Shown here one piece after another: positions 28,645 to 42,155 of a stretch of DNA of 64,000 bases. Both the position numbers and the translations under genes were made by a program. The notes under the pieces were generated by a model, which saw only the letters and a program-made list of their open reading frames with translations, was not told where the DNA came from and made no database searches. This DNA is from the human T2T-CHM13v2.0 reference genome, Homo sapiens, in assembly GCF_009914755.1 (NCBI RefSeq), contig NC_060933.1; one strand, 5' to 3'. Every line of letters begins with the position of its first letter. Position 1 is the first letter of the stretch.

Positions 28645-31583
28645 CTGCAAGACAAAAAAATTAATCAAAGATTTCTTCCCAAGCCTCTTTGTACACATGA
28701 AACCCAACCTCGATGTGAGAACTATTTTTGAAAGGTGATACCTACACAGCCTTTCATTCCATTTAATTCATCTCATCTAAAGACTTTGATGGCAAACATA
28801 TCTACAGGTTTACACACTTAAAAGGGAGACCCTGACTTTGCAATCAAACCATCCAAAGCTAGGTGGATTCTTCAGGCCTCCTTGGAAATGTGCTTCTGTC
28901 CTATTTACTGTTTGAGAAATAGGAGCTTGCTGTGTTGTATGTGGATGTGTTTTTATTCTTTCCCACTGCGACTTCCTGGTCAGGAATACGAATGGCCTAT
29001 GAGCAAATCTTGAGATTACTCTATTAGACATATTCTTTAACTGTAAGAGTCAATGTGTACCACTCTAAAAAGGCACAAAGGAAGCGGTGGGATTAACAGC
29101 ATGGTTTCCTAAAAGGCAAATCACATTTTCCACAGCAACAATGAAGGAACTCTTTTGAATTCTTTTAATTTATTGTTGAAAATAAGACTTGGTGTTCCTC
29201 GCCAATAGCACTGAAATTTAAGATCTAAGGGGGGAATTTCAGCCAGTGAATCTTCAATAGCAAGGCCAGCTCCCACACACAAAAGCAGGAACAAGGACTA
29301 ATCTTTTCCACAAATGACACAGGATACTTTCATTCGCATATGCCGAGTAGGAACTGTTGACCCAAAGAAAACAGGCATTTTAGATATTTTGGGGTCACAT
29401 GACATGATCTGACATCTCTTCAATTCCCATCTCCCCTCAGGCTAAAGCATCAGAACATGTTACAATGAGTTCTTTTAAGTGTGGGATTAGCATATGCAAG
29501 GGGGCAATTTGTTCAGTGATGTGTTACTGCCCTGAACAATGTTGAATGAGCTGTGCAAAAACCTCCTTTCACAAAGCCCAGATAACCCCAATCTCTGAAA
29601 GATGTTTGAGCACTAAGAGGACAGTGTCCAGGGCCAACAGACAATTATGTTACCTTTCTCTGCCACAATTTAAAATAGAAGGGGCTGGGGGATACCTTTA
29701 AGTTAGACCACATCTAATGCAACAGTATACAACAGGAGCAAATATTTTATGGTATCTTTTTAAAAGCCCTGAGTTTCATTCCTAACCAGCCAGAGGTAAT
29801 CAGCCAGGTGGCCAGCCCTCAAAGCTCCCCTGAAAACCATGGACCCCACCATGGGAGGGTTGTCTCCAGCTCAACCATATGCAGGAGGAAATCAAAACTG
29901 AGGACCGGAAGGCAATCCCAAGCCTCTTGGCCCGCCTCAGGGACTGACTCTAGAGGAGCTGGGCTCTTTTATTCATGACTGTTCAAGCTACACAAATGCC
30001 AGGAGGCTTAGATAAAAGCAGCTGGGAGGGACCAACGCAATTCAATATAGAGAAGCTCTAAGTAATGTCTTTACCACAGTGTTTGGGGATGAAAGGTGAG
30101 CCGGCTGGATCCCCGAACTAATTACCTAGATACATGTCCGCTAAAAGCTAACCCCTCCAACCCAGACCCCCAGCTGACAAGGCTGCAGGAGACCTAACTC
30201 TTGCAAAGTGCTAACACGCCCTCTGAAAAGCTGGGCCGGGGCAGCAGCTGCTTGTTCACACATGGGAAACGTGTTTAAATACACCCCTCCTAGTTTACTT
30301 CAGCCCCGAGGTCTCCTCCTCCAGACTCTGTGCAGCATCCACGGCAGGGCTGTATCTTATTCAACTTTAAATCCGCCCAAGTGCCCAGCAAAATGGGGCA
30401 CAGAGGCTGGGTGTGCTGACCAGTTTTAAGTTCAAGTCTCTCTCCACAGCCTTCCAAGCCCTCCTGCTGTCATCAGCACTGCGCATCCAAGCCACAGGGC
30501 CATTCCAAGACAGCTTCTTAATGTCTTGTTTTTTTTTGTTGTTGTCGTTTAATGATGTCAAGTGGTACTGTGAACGTAAAAGTAAACTACACTTCTGTTA
30601 GAAACAATACAATTTCTGTTAGAAACAATAACCTTTCCGTGGCTGGACCTTTAAGACTGTCAAGCTTTGAGGCCTCTGCGTCTATGTGTTCAAAGTTACT
30701 ACTGTAATTTCCGCTTGAGCGGCTTAAATGAAGCTTATAATCTGAATAGGTTTTGAAAAGCTCTGAAAGTTCCTCTAAATGTGGTGGACAGGGCTAGTAA
30801 TTAGCACCCCTGCTTATCTGAAAATGGGCCCCATTCAACAGCAGACTTCAACAAGTTACAAAACAAGATGCCTCATCATACCTTTGATGCTGTAAAACTG
30901 ACTCAAAACAAGGCAGCAGAGTGTGGGCTGGAAAGGCCCAGAAACACCACACTCAGACCCAGGGATCCCTGGCCCACGCAGCTGCCGGACGCCCGGCAGG
31001 CTTTCCACCTAAAGTCTACCCCACCAAAAACAGACCGCTTCCTTTTACTCTTGCTCCCATGAACCCAGTTTTCTGTGTATAATTGCCCCTGACTTCTTCC
31101 AGCCCTGACGCTGCTTTCATTGTTGTTCTTGATATAAGCAAACAGTTCCAGCCTAATGAGCTTCGCTGGCAGCAACAGCAAACATTCTGGTTTTTAAACT
31201 ACTGCCTGGGGGACCCTTACCTTCATGATTCCCTCATTTGTTCCCAGAAACCCAAAAGTGACTTTGTGGGTACTGCATTTCTTGAGGTGTTTTTCCCTCA
31301 TGTTGTGATTTCTCCTCGTGCACTCCCTACTGTGTGTTGCTTATGGCTCCAGGGTAGAATACAGTCATTTTGATGGCCATTAAGAGCTACTTTATACATA
31401 TTTCGAGAATTCAGAGACTAAACCTGGGTATTGACTAAATTGTCATTTTGATCCTCCAAAATTTCGAATGCTATGTTGTCTGGGTCCCATTCTAACAAAT
31501 CGAGGCAACATTTATGAGGACACCATTTGCAAAAGAATGAAACAGAGGTTGCTTTGCATTAAGCTATTTGAAAATGGTCATGA

Positions 31584-31918
31584 GGCCGGGCACAGTGGCT
31601 CATGCCTGTAATCCCAGCACTTAGGGAGGCCGAGGCAGGCAGATCGCCTGTGAAAAGGAGTTCGAGACCAGCCTGGCCAACATGGTGAAACCCCATCTGT
31701 ACTTAAAAAAAAAAAAAAAAAAAAAAAAATTAGCCGGGTGGTGGTAGACACCTGTAATCCCAGCTACTCAGGAGGCTGCAGCACAAGAATCACTTGAACC
31801 TGGGAGGCGGAGGTTGCAATGAGCAGAGATCGTGCCACTGCACTCCAGCCTGGGTGACAGAGTGAGACTCTGCCTCAAAAAAATAATAAAATGAAAAATA
31901 AAAATCAAAAAAATAAAA
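31584..31918 (+). mobile_element. AluS with expanded middle A tract; TSD aaaatggtcatg
   Basis: Alu consensus with a flanking direct repeat. Confidence 0.9.
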
Positions 31919-34900
31919 ATGGTCATGCTTTCTAAACACAGAAAATAACTGGAATCAAACCTGAGAAGAGGCCAAAGCAACCACTGAGACATTTCGTTCC
32001 TCTTCCTCCTCCTGCTCCTTTAATCTGGAGGACTAGGATGTCCAGAGACAGAGGTGATTTGCCTGAGGCCAAGCGGCTCTGTCCACCACCTGCTGATTCC
32101 CATTACAGCCAAAGTGCCTCCCCTCTCAGAAGAGTGATTTTTAAACTCAAGTTTACATACATGGAACACTTGTACCCAAAAACTTACTTAAAATCCACCC
32201 TGGCTCTTTCAACTACTGCACTTAACATTCTAATGTGACATAATACCTGACGCATGGTTTCTCTGACCTACCTCCTAACCAACAGAATGCCTTGCTTTAA
32301 TCAGGTTAGATGTCTTCCATACCAAAAATAGAAACGTGTAATTTTTAAATGAACATTTTAAACTCTACTTTAAAATGAACTAGGAATAGTCCCAAATTCC
32401 TGCCTTTCCACTCAGAACCCAAAATTAACACTGAAAAAGGCCTCAGCAGAGTGACAAAGCAGCCCAGGTACACACAGGCTTCATGGCATGCCAATCACCA
32501 GAGGTAATCATCCTACAGACCTATTTGCCACTGCAGACACCTCTTCCTAGAGTCTATACTTTGAAAGATTTTAATCTACCAAACAGGATTCATCAAGTAG
32601 AATTCATTTTTCAAATATTTATTTGCCAAATAAATATTTAATCGAGAATCAGCTTTTTGATCAACATGAGAACCAGTGTTACTATCCTGACTGATGTACT
32701 CTAATTCCAGCCAAGAAACCCAAAGTTTTATTTCACCTTGCAGCTGGTAAAATGTAAATATCTGCCAGGATTTTTTTAAAGACTTTAAATGTTGGGCAGA
32801 CTTCTATTACAAGTGTCCCAAGGACTGAGGTTTCTAGACTGTATGTAAGTTTTCATTTAAAATTAAAAAAATAAACAAATAAACAAAATCACCTTATTTA
32901 CATCTCCTACAGAAACTCAAAATAGGAGTAATACAGCCCACGGAGGACATTACAAACCTGGGCAAATCAGCTGAAAACACACTGTTCAAAACAAACTGAA
33001 ATTCTAAAACCAAATAATTTTCTACACCTACATATGGCATACACTTGTGGGTACAGGGTCAAGTACCCTGTACATAAAGGGAGAAGCATATCTGAGAAGT
33101 CTAAAAGAAAAGATCCTCCTAGAATGCTCAGTATCAGAAACATAAAGAGGGTCCAAAAATGGGCAGAACTGGCATAACTTTTATATAGAAAGTACTTGAG
33201 ATGATTAGATGAGGTGCAAGAACACAGAAACCATATACTCCATAAGAAGGGACTGGACTCTCTCTCTCACGAAAATCTGGAATTCTGTGAGAACACCAGA
33301 TCTCAAGAGGGCATCTTCACTGGCAACAAGCAAATTGCTATTTATTAATATATGCTTCCTAAGGGTTACATCTAACTTGCACTAATAGGATGACAGAACA
33401 GAATGGCTATGACAGCAAAAGAGCTGGTCAGAAGAAAAGAGGAATGGCAGATCTTCTGATATTACAGCCTGTGTGCATTCTGAGACAAATTCTGAGCACA
33501 ATTTCCTAACTCTGGGAACCATGTTTTATTAAACACACAGCAGGATCTTTCCCTGTGGTAGCTCAATGGCCTGAAGGTAACCAGATAATTGGCGAAGTGT
33601 TTGAATTTCCTGGATGCGAGAGGCCAATATATTCTTTTAAAATAAAACAAAACTAAACATTCCAACACAATTATGAAACCACATACCTTCATGTAAGAAC
33701 TTACAATGTAAGTAGGTGGGTTGACTGAACCTCAGAGAGCACCCAGTGGCGTCAAAAGAAAATGTTAAGATTGGGACTCTGTATTACTTTATCCTGACCA
33801 TTCAACACAAGTGATGTGTCTATTTCATGCTCCAAACACCTATTCAAGACCAAGGTAGCAAAGACCCAGCCACTTCAATAAGGATAACAACCAGTCTTTA
33901 TAGTCTTGTTCCAAGAATTTGACTTTTCTTTAGCAATTTAACAGTAATGGTTGTTCACATCTACTAACATGTTCTGGAAAGTAACCTCAGAAACTACTAA
34001 AAAAAAAAAAAAAAAAAAAGCAACTTTAATAAAATGCTGCCCTGTCAATGCTATCAAACACTAGTTACAGAGGCCTTCATGAATCCTAAGACCTCCAAGC
34101 AACTTCTCTGCCAACAAGTTCGAACCCTGAAACCACCAGCAGCAAAATGGAAAGGAAAACCCATTCATGCATACAGCAAAAGCAAGACAGGTTTCCCTAA
34201 TGCAAAAATAAAGCACATTATTCAAATGGATTTCTTTAGCTGCCATGCTGATTCCCCTTGGGAACTTTCTCCTCCCCGCAGGAAAAGTGTTTGTGTCAGA
34301 GGTACAGATTGGAAACTCGTGACACCTCATTTATCCTCAGTTACACTAAGGCAGTAGGAACCTAATTTACTAGCACACTCCACACTGACAATTAACTTCT
34401 CGGTGAACATTAAAACAATTAGGTAACGACGCACCCCATCACATCTGTGTGCCTTCTCCATCTACACCTGGTGTCAATTAAGCCATCACCCTGCGCTGCA
34501 CTTTTTGCTACGGTCCAACTGGTCATTCACGTACTCTGCCTAACACTTCAACTAATGTATTTTTAACCCATAAAACTAATGAGATCCCCACTTGTTAACA
34601 ACATGGACAAAGTTGAAAATCTGTCCACTGGCAACCATATCATATCTCAGAACCCTGCCTGTGCAGCCAGTCTGAAGGGCACACATTGATGTTTCACACA
34701 GTTTAAATGCAAACTATGGGAAAGAACCAGTGCATTCCTGCAACTCGATTTTGCAACTCATCACTGTAGAATCCAGGTGGGTGACTCAGTTAGGAGGACT
34801 CATGGAAAGATAGCTGTGCAGGTGACACACAGGGCCGGTTAATGTTGAGGCAGGACAGGGTGCTAAAACCACGATGCCTTCGTCACCACCCTCTCATTTG

Positions 34901-36022
34901 TAGCTGGCCCTTCTACCCTCCTCCAGGCAAAACAAAACAAACTCTGGAGCAGACAATAAATACAATTATTTAAAATTAATTTTTAAATAACCTCATGACA
35001 CTGCCGTTCCCCAGCTCAGGACCTAATCACAGCAAAAACAAAATCTCTATGTCAAAGCTTTTTTGAAAGCATGGTTTCTAAGAGCTGCTCAGCTGTTTCT
35101 GTGCCTCTTTGCTCTCCAGCCCCTGTTGAAATACTTGCTAATGCAAGAAATGGCCCTGAAACTAAAAAGCCATTAGGTCAGGACTTGACTAAGTCATCTG
35201 TGTATCGGACAGCACTTACATTTATACCTCCTTATCTCAAAGATGAGGACACAGAGTTTGTTGTCCACCTATGTCCCAGTGAGGAAATGATAAAAAGATT
35301 ATAGGGACAAAAGAAAAAAACCTGCTCACAATTGCAGGTTTTCTAATTACAGAGCACAAACTCAAGTCAAAAAGAGGTTTTGGAGGGAAAAATTGTTCTC
35401 TCACTTTTTTTTTTTTAAGAGTAAAGATGCCCTATTTTCACTGTAATCACAGTGCAATAAAACCTGAACGTTAATCCAGTCCCACCAAGGCCCCGATATC
35501 CACCTGACTTATTGCATCCACAGTAAACAGACACCTCTACCTGGTACAGGCTCCTGACAATCTAGAAACCACTGGGGCTTTCCTTTGAAGGGTTCACCCT
35601 ATTCACAGCAGTGATGCCAACTTTCTCAAAGAAGAACCATTTTTTTAAGCAGAGTTTTAAACTTGGCCAGAAGGGAAACCTGCCCAGGAGTCTGCTTAAG
35701 AAAACCTAAGTGTTTTCCATTGTGCCCAAAAATTGAAATTTTAGGTGACTCATCTCAGTTTTAGCCTTTATTTCCAGGCAATCTCTTAACATGTCAGGTC
35801 ATGATTAATTCATAAATATTTAGGCAAAAACAGTACCTCCTAGGCTGTGTCTACTTTTGAGAAATTTGATTATCAGGAAAGTGATCACGTTAATAAGCAG
35901 CTGAGATCAGTTTCACGGTGCTGACATGCTGAGAACCATCAGTAACTGCCACCTTGGCACGTGGACCCTTATTTCCATAACCGCCTGTGTAATGTGTATT
36001 TTAAAAAGGGAGAGAAAACCAA

Positions 36023-36180
36023 GGCTGGGTGCGGTGGCTCACGCCTGTAATCTCAGCACTTTGGGAGACCAAGGTGGGAGAATCACTTGAAGCCAGGAAT
36101 TCGACACCAGCCTAGGCAACATACTGAGACTCTGACTGTACAAAAATTAAAAGAAAATTGTTTTAATTTAAAAAACAAAT
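36023..36180 (+). mobile_element. FLAM/AluJ monomer
   Basis: Monomer flanked by ggagagaaa repeats. Confidence 0.8.
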
Positions 36181-37646
36181 AGGAGAGAAACCCAGAAGTA
36201 ACTGCATTGAATGTAATGAATGATGCATTCACTGCCGTCTTGCTACTCTGCAAATGGCGGTGGGAGGAGGGCATTCCCTAAGCACCTTCTATGCTGTCTG
36301 CTACCCTCCCACCTGAGGCCTCCTAACCCCCTCCCTGTGAGGCAACCACTACTATCACCATTTATAGATGGGACTAGGAAGGCACAAAAGGATGAAAAAG
36401 CCTTGCCTGTGTAGCCAGAATTCCACTAAAGTCTGCCTTTGTACAAAACTCATGTTCATTCTACCACCCCTGATGCCGCCATGGTTCCCATAGGCCTCCG
36501 GGAATGAACGTGATTTTTCTTTTTTTTTCCAGAAAAAGACCAACAGTATTCTTTTCCAAAGCAAGCCTCACATCTTAACTCCTCCTTGCCTTCTATAATG
36601 TTGTCATTTTGAGACAAAGTGATGGATGGGTGGTCCTAACTAGGATTTGGTCCTGCCTCTGACAAAATTAACTAGTCAAGAACAGCTAGAGAAGAGTAAC
36701 AAAAGAAAGAAACCACTTTATATAAAACAAGGTGATGTTTGTCATAATTATCTCTAGGCAAGTTCTAAATACAAACTCCTGGTGATTTTAGAAGTCAATT
36801 ACAGAGTGACAACATGGTCGCTCAGATTACTAACTCTCAATCTGTTAACTAAGTATGTGACCGGATGCACCCAGCCTCCTTGATAAAACCATGGTGCTGT
36901 GCCATATGACCTGAAAGACAGATGAGTGGTGCTTAGACTGTTCTGAGTTAGGAAGCCCTTTCTGAGAATTTGATGAGTTATAGTCTCTCCCCAGAATTCT
37001 GCAAAAGAGCACGGACCCACCCAGTCCATCCATGAATGCCACTGCGTAGGTCTATACACCGTCTGCTCTGGAGTCTCCTCCAGAGTCTCCTCCCTTTTCC
37101 AAATAGTGATCACACTAGCTAGGTATTTCAGTGCCTTACATTCAACAAATGTTTAACTGTGACATAAAATGGATCACTGCAAAATGATAGCAAGTATACG
37201 CAGCACCTCAAACAGTACTCGGGCACATAGTCAGGGCTCAACAAATATTTGTCAAATGACTCAAAGTATTTAAAAGCATGCCCTATTATAAATTTTTTTA
37301 AACCATACAACTTTTTGTCAATTATCTCTTTCAAGCAGATAAAAATAGCATTCCCTTCAGCCAAAATTTAATGCAATTTATCCTTAAATTAATTAAAATA
37401 TCTAAAGTTATTTTTTTATTACTACTGAATGCTACTAAGAAATAATGGCCTTTCTTAGGTCATTTCATATTTCTCTGCTCAAGAGCTGCACTTATATAAG
37501 AAAAAACAGAAATCAAAATTTTAAAACAGCCAAAATAATTTTTTAAACCAAAGCCAAACCTCTATAAAGTTGCTAGCTTTATTGTTCATCCCTTTCAGAA
37601 ATAAGAAACTTTAAAGCAGTTTCCATAAAAACTTTCACTCTTAGAA

Positions 37647-37976
37647 CAGCCATGTGTCACTAAACAACAGGGATACTTTGTAAGAAAGCCATGTCAGGCA
37701 ATTTCATCATTGTGCAAATATCGAATAGTGTGTTTACACAAACCTGGGTGGTATAGCCTACTACACACCTAGGCTACTGCTCCTAGGCTACAAACCTGTA
37801 CATGTTACTGTCCTGAATATTACAGGCAGCTACAACACAATGTAAGTATTTGTGTATCTAAACACACCTAAACATAGAAAAGGTACAGTAAAAATACGGT
37901 GTTATACACTTAGGGGACCACCATCATATATGCAATCCACTGTTGATGGAAGTGTTGTTATGCAGTGCACTGATTA
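37647..37976. mobile_element. Tigger3/MER7-type DNA transposon
   Basis: cagccatgtgtcactaaacaac...gcctactacacacctaggcta...gttgttatgcagtgcactga. Confidence 0.75.
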
Positions 37977-38259
37977 CACTTCTATTTCCTAGGCTTCACA
38001 TTAAAACAGATTGCTTATTTAAGGCTCATTTGTTTTCCTACCATAAAATCTTTAACTAGCAAATTAATTTCTGCCACTAAAAATAAACAAACTACCTACC
38101 AACCAGTTTTAGGCTCACAGATAAAAATCCATACACACCCACATTCCCTGCGGATCCCATCAGTCTCTGATTTCTGCACTTGGTATAAATAATATGTTCA
38201 ATATAGAAAGACAAACAAGAAGAAAAAAAAAAACAGTAAGGAGTTCGTCTTATTTATGG

Positions 38260-38726
38260 CCAAAGGTTCTCAGACTTTGGTCCGAGGATCCCTTAAGGGT
38301 CCCGGAGACCCTCGCAAATCTATGAGGGCAGATTCTCTTCCTAAACGTCAACTAAATACCACAAAAGAGCGAATGCAGAGGATGAGAATCCAGCTATCCT
38401 CTTTAAAACTCAATAAACTACAAGGCATTCAAGACATTTGTAGACATACATAACAATGCCACTCTTCCCACTATAATTTTTTTTGCTTTGGAAAAGTTAT
38501 TTTTCATTAATAATGTTATTTGTATTAACACAATTTAAATTAAGTAGCTCTTCATCTGTTTAAGTGATTTAATTTTCTTTCTTACCCAGTAAGTATCAAA
38601 AATCAAAATATTAACCTAGTAAATATCAAAATATAACCCAGATAAACAAAAAGTTCTTCAGGGCCCTCAATAATTTGATTTCAAGGGTATCAAGATCATG
38701 AGGCCATAAGGCTTTGAAAATCACTG
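38260..38726. mobile_element. hAT-Charlie family element
   Basis: caaaggttctcagactt...tttgaaaatcactg termini. Confidence 0.55.
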
Positions 38727-39906
38727 GCCTGTAGCAACCACCCTTAACCTTTCACTGGATTAAAAAACAGCAGCAAACAGCAATTGGCTGACTTAATCTG
38801 CCAAGTAAAATTAGACTTTCTAATTCAAACCACTTTATTAAATAGATAAGTACTATAATATTTTAGGCACTAATAGTACACATCATCTCATTATCCACTG
38901 CTTTTCATACTCATTTTTATACAAAGTTTGAAGAGCTACTTAATTTTATGTAACTGTAGCAAAATCCCACTAATGTGGACAGTGAACAGTTTAATTCCTC
39001 TCTATGGACTGAATTAAATGCTTAGGTTACAATTAGTGTAGTTTTCCCATTTTAATCATCATTGCCCAACAGTTTTCTGCAGTAATTAGGCAGGAAACAG
39101 CATATATACTTGTTCTGAAAATATTCATTGAAATGATTAGAACTTGTCAAAAATTTGATATAAAAAAGATACATGTCCAAAACACATAAATCCACATTTG
39201 AACTAGAAAGTTCGTTGACTGCTAACCCTAACTTATAGACTTACAAATAACCCACAGTTGCCTGTAACTCAAGAACTGCTTCATACTTCTTGAAGGGGAC
39301 AACCAATAACCCTCCCTCCACCCACTCCAATGAACCCATGAATTAAGTACTTGCATATATTTTTCTGTCAAAAATACCAACAGGAGGTTATCCGACACAT
39401 TCGGAAATTCAGAAAGACACAGAGGTATAAAATACATCTCTACTAGCTTAAGCATACAAACCTCTGCCTATTCACACCCCTGGCATTTCAGAGAGGCACA
39501 TACCACGTGGTATCACTTCCACAATTCTGATACCAGTAAGTTATAGGACTTTTGCTGAAACTTTCTCCAGTCTTGCTTCTTTTAGTAATTGTGTCACTCA
39601 CTCCTCCTCGATTCTCTGGGAAAGGGCTTTGTTGCATGCTTACATACCTCGAATTGCAGATGCGTGTCCCATAATGCCTTACATATATGGTATGCACTCA
39701 ATGAACATAGCCATTTAAGGTGAAACAGGAGTACTGAAGAAAACATGTTAAATTGAAGTCCCAAAGCTAGAATAAGTTCAATAGATTTAAAACGCATAAC
39801 AGCCTAAAGGGCATGGGCTTTCCCCAAATTTCTTCTGTGATTTCATCCAGGGTTAGGTTTTTAAATTTGACACTCTACTGAACAGACATAAAAGATGACT
39901 ATCTCA

Positions 39907-40185
39907 CCGGGCATGGTGGCTCAGGCCTGCAATCCCAGCACGTTGGGAGGCTGAGGCAGGCGGATCACCTGAGGTTGGGAGTTCCAGACCAGCCTGACCA
40001 ACATGGAGAAACCCCGTCTGTACTAAAAATACAAAATTAGCCAGGTGTGGTGGCACAGGCCTGTAATCCCAGCTGAGGCAGAAAAATCGCTTGAACCCAG
40101 GAGGCGGAGGTTGCAGTTAGCCGAGATAGTGCTACTGCACCCCAGCCTGGGTGACAGAGCGAAGACTCCATCTCAAAAAAAAAAA
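39907..40185 (+). mobile_element. AluSq/Sp-like
   Basis: Alu consensus with the 'catggagaaaccc' diagnostic. Confidence 0.88.
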
Positions 40186-41360
40186 GACTATCTATAGGAA
40201 CCCTGGAATGGCAAAACAATAAGGCTTCCTCCATAAACTAAAGCCAGTTTACTTATCTGTACTCTGTGTGTAGAATATTTTATTTCCCAGCTATAATTTT
40301 TTGTCCCCCCAATCCCCTCTCAACATTTTCCAGAGAAATTTATAGGACAAGAATTTTAAAACTAGCTACCCTTTCCTTCAACCATTCCCCACTCCTCCAC
40401 GCACATCCAGATACATGAAATATACCAAGATCTGTCTCAAAGACAATTTTAAAAGTAGCTACTATTCTACACAGAAGAGGGGGGAAAAAACCCTGAACTT
40501 TTATCTTCCCCCCAAAACTTATACCAAAAAAGTTATCAGATTTAAATGTTCAGTATTTTTTTTTTTTACCATATTAAACACGGTCAAAATACTGCTATGT
40601 TCAGAAAGAAGGAGGCAAAACCTGTAGGTTATCCCAGCTGAAAAGGGGCTGAATTCTCTCTATTTGCTACACAACATTTGAGACACACTTTAAGTACAGG
40701 TCTCTCCAGAGCTAACTGGCAGATGCATGTACAGATCAAATGTACACATGAAAAATGAGTGTGACTTAGGCTGGTGAAAACATGAACTCTACGCACACAG
40801 CCCTGTCCACTGAATTTCCTTCTTTTTAAGAGCTTACTGGTATGCTCAGTTCTTATGTCTAAAATAGATATAAGATCAAGTTCACATTCCAAGGACAATT
40901 ATGCAAAGAAAACAAGATATGGAAACCTAGCAACCAAGATGCATTCACAGAGGATGACTGGTTTAAGTAGAAATGGTACATTACTAACCAACTTCACAAA
41001 GGGATTGTGATCTCTTGCCTCTAAAACTGATTTAAGATATAAAAATGAATATTCTTTTAAACTACAGTCAACCAGACTTAGAATGCAACCATTAACACTT
41101 TTAAAGTGAGGCAGGGGAATATACAGATCAAAGTGTATTTCCAAGTAAGTAATCACAGCAAATAGTTTTGCCTCCAAATTATGCCTCTCTTGTCTGATGC
41201 AAGTTTTGTAAAAAGACAAGAGCAGAGCGAACAGTCATATAAGAAAAAGAAATTTTAAAGGAAAAAAAGTAAAAGAAAAAAGCCAGGTCACTGAGAGAGA
41301 CAGGGAGAGTGTGCATGTCTGTCTGTGCCTGTGTGGAGAAGTGTTGTCAGAAGGGGACCG

Positions 41361-41384
41361 TGTGTGTGTGTGTGTGTGTGTGTG
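41361..41384. repeat. (TG)12 microsatellite, i.e. (CA)12 in the pre-mRNA
   Basis: Read directly; begins 23 nt into intron 8. Confidence 0.95.
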
Positions 41385-41406
41385 CAGCAGGCGTTTGAGT
41401 ACTTAC

Positions 41407-41423
41407 TGTGCCCGGCTCTCTGT
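41407..41423 (-). CDS. TLE1: TLE1 exon 8, 17-nt microexon ((D)REPGT)
   Basis: ACAGAGAGCCGGGCACA between a GAGCAG acceptor and a GTAAGT donor; restores frame between the phase-1 end of exon 7 and the phase-0 start of exon 9. Confidence 0.93.
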
Positions 41424-41479
41424 CTGCTCCCGAGGTTACCAAGAAACGCACAGACATGCCCGTTCAGACACAGAGGCAA

Positions 41480-41660
41480 GAACAGAAATAAAAAAAAGGG
41501 GGGAATAATTAGAACACAAGCCCCAAACAGTTTTAAAAATGGCTTTTATTTATATAAGTCATTGCACATTCCTAATACAGTGATTTCCTGAAAATTACAG
41601 TATTTTGTAAACATAAGATTTACAGTTTAACCATACACAAAGCCTATTTTTTTATTTCTT
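41480..41660 (-). terminator. Putative intronic cleavage/polyadenylation cassette in intron 7
   Basis: Minus-strand AATAAA at 41545-41550 (second copy at 41651-41656); four UGUA at 41576, 41596, 41621 and 41634; downstream CUUGUGUUCU plus a U-rich tract at 41480-41520. Confidence 0.65.
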
Positions 41661-42155
41661 GACAGAATAAATTACTTTTCTTCAAAAAATTAGTCAAGTG
41701 CAATTTTGCCCAATATTTAATGCATACTAGAATTAAAGCCTATGAAACTAAGTAGTAACAGATGCAATTATCAAACCTTTCATTTGAACACATTCACTTT
41801 CAAATTTAACTTCTTATTTCGCCCCATTTAACAACATTACTTTCTTTGAAAATTACCCAATTAAGCAGTTAACAGTTTTCCATAATATGGTACAGGCCAC
41901 TGGCATTAACTAGGCAGTTGCCAAGATGTCAAGATGCCTGCAATCTAACGAGATCGAGAAATCTACAGATGCCCACAGCAAACCCTGCAAACTTCCAGGG
42001 TGACCTGTGTTTCAGTGGAAAGCTTTGCGACAGTTCCTCTTATCTCATTGTTTGCTCTCTGTATAGGTTGGGGCTCTCTTTAGCGATGCACACAACTTTG
42101 CAGCACTGTAAGAGTATGAGGACAAAGTCCTAATCTGGCTTGCCCGGCCTCTCAC

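Noticed and set aside
30593-30630. 17-bp direct repeat ttctgttagaaacaata with period 21
   Set aside because: Only two copies; an ordinary slippage duplication, not an array.
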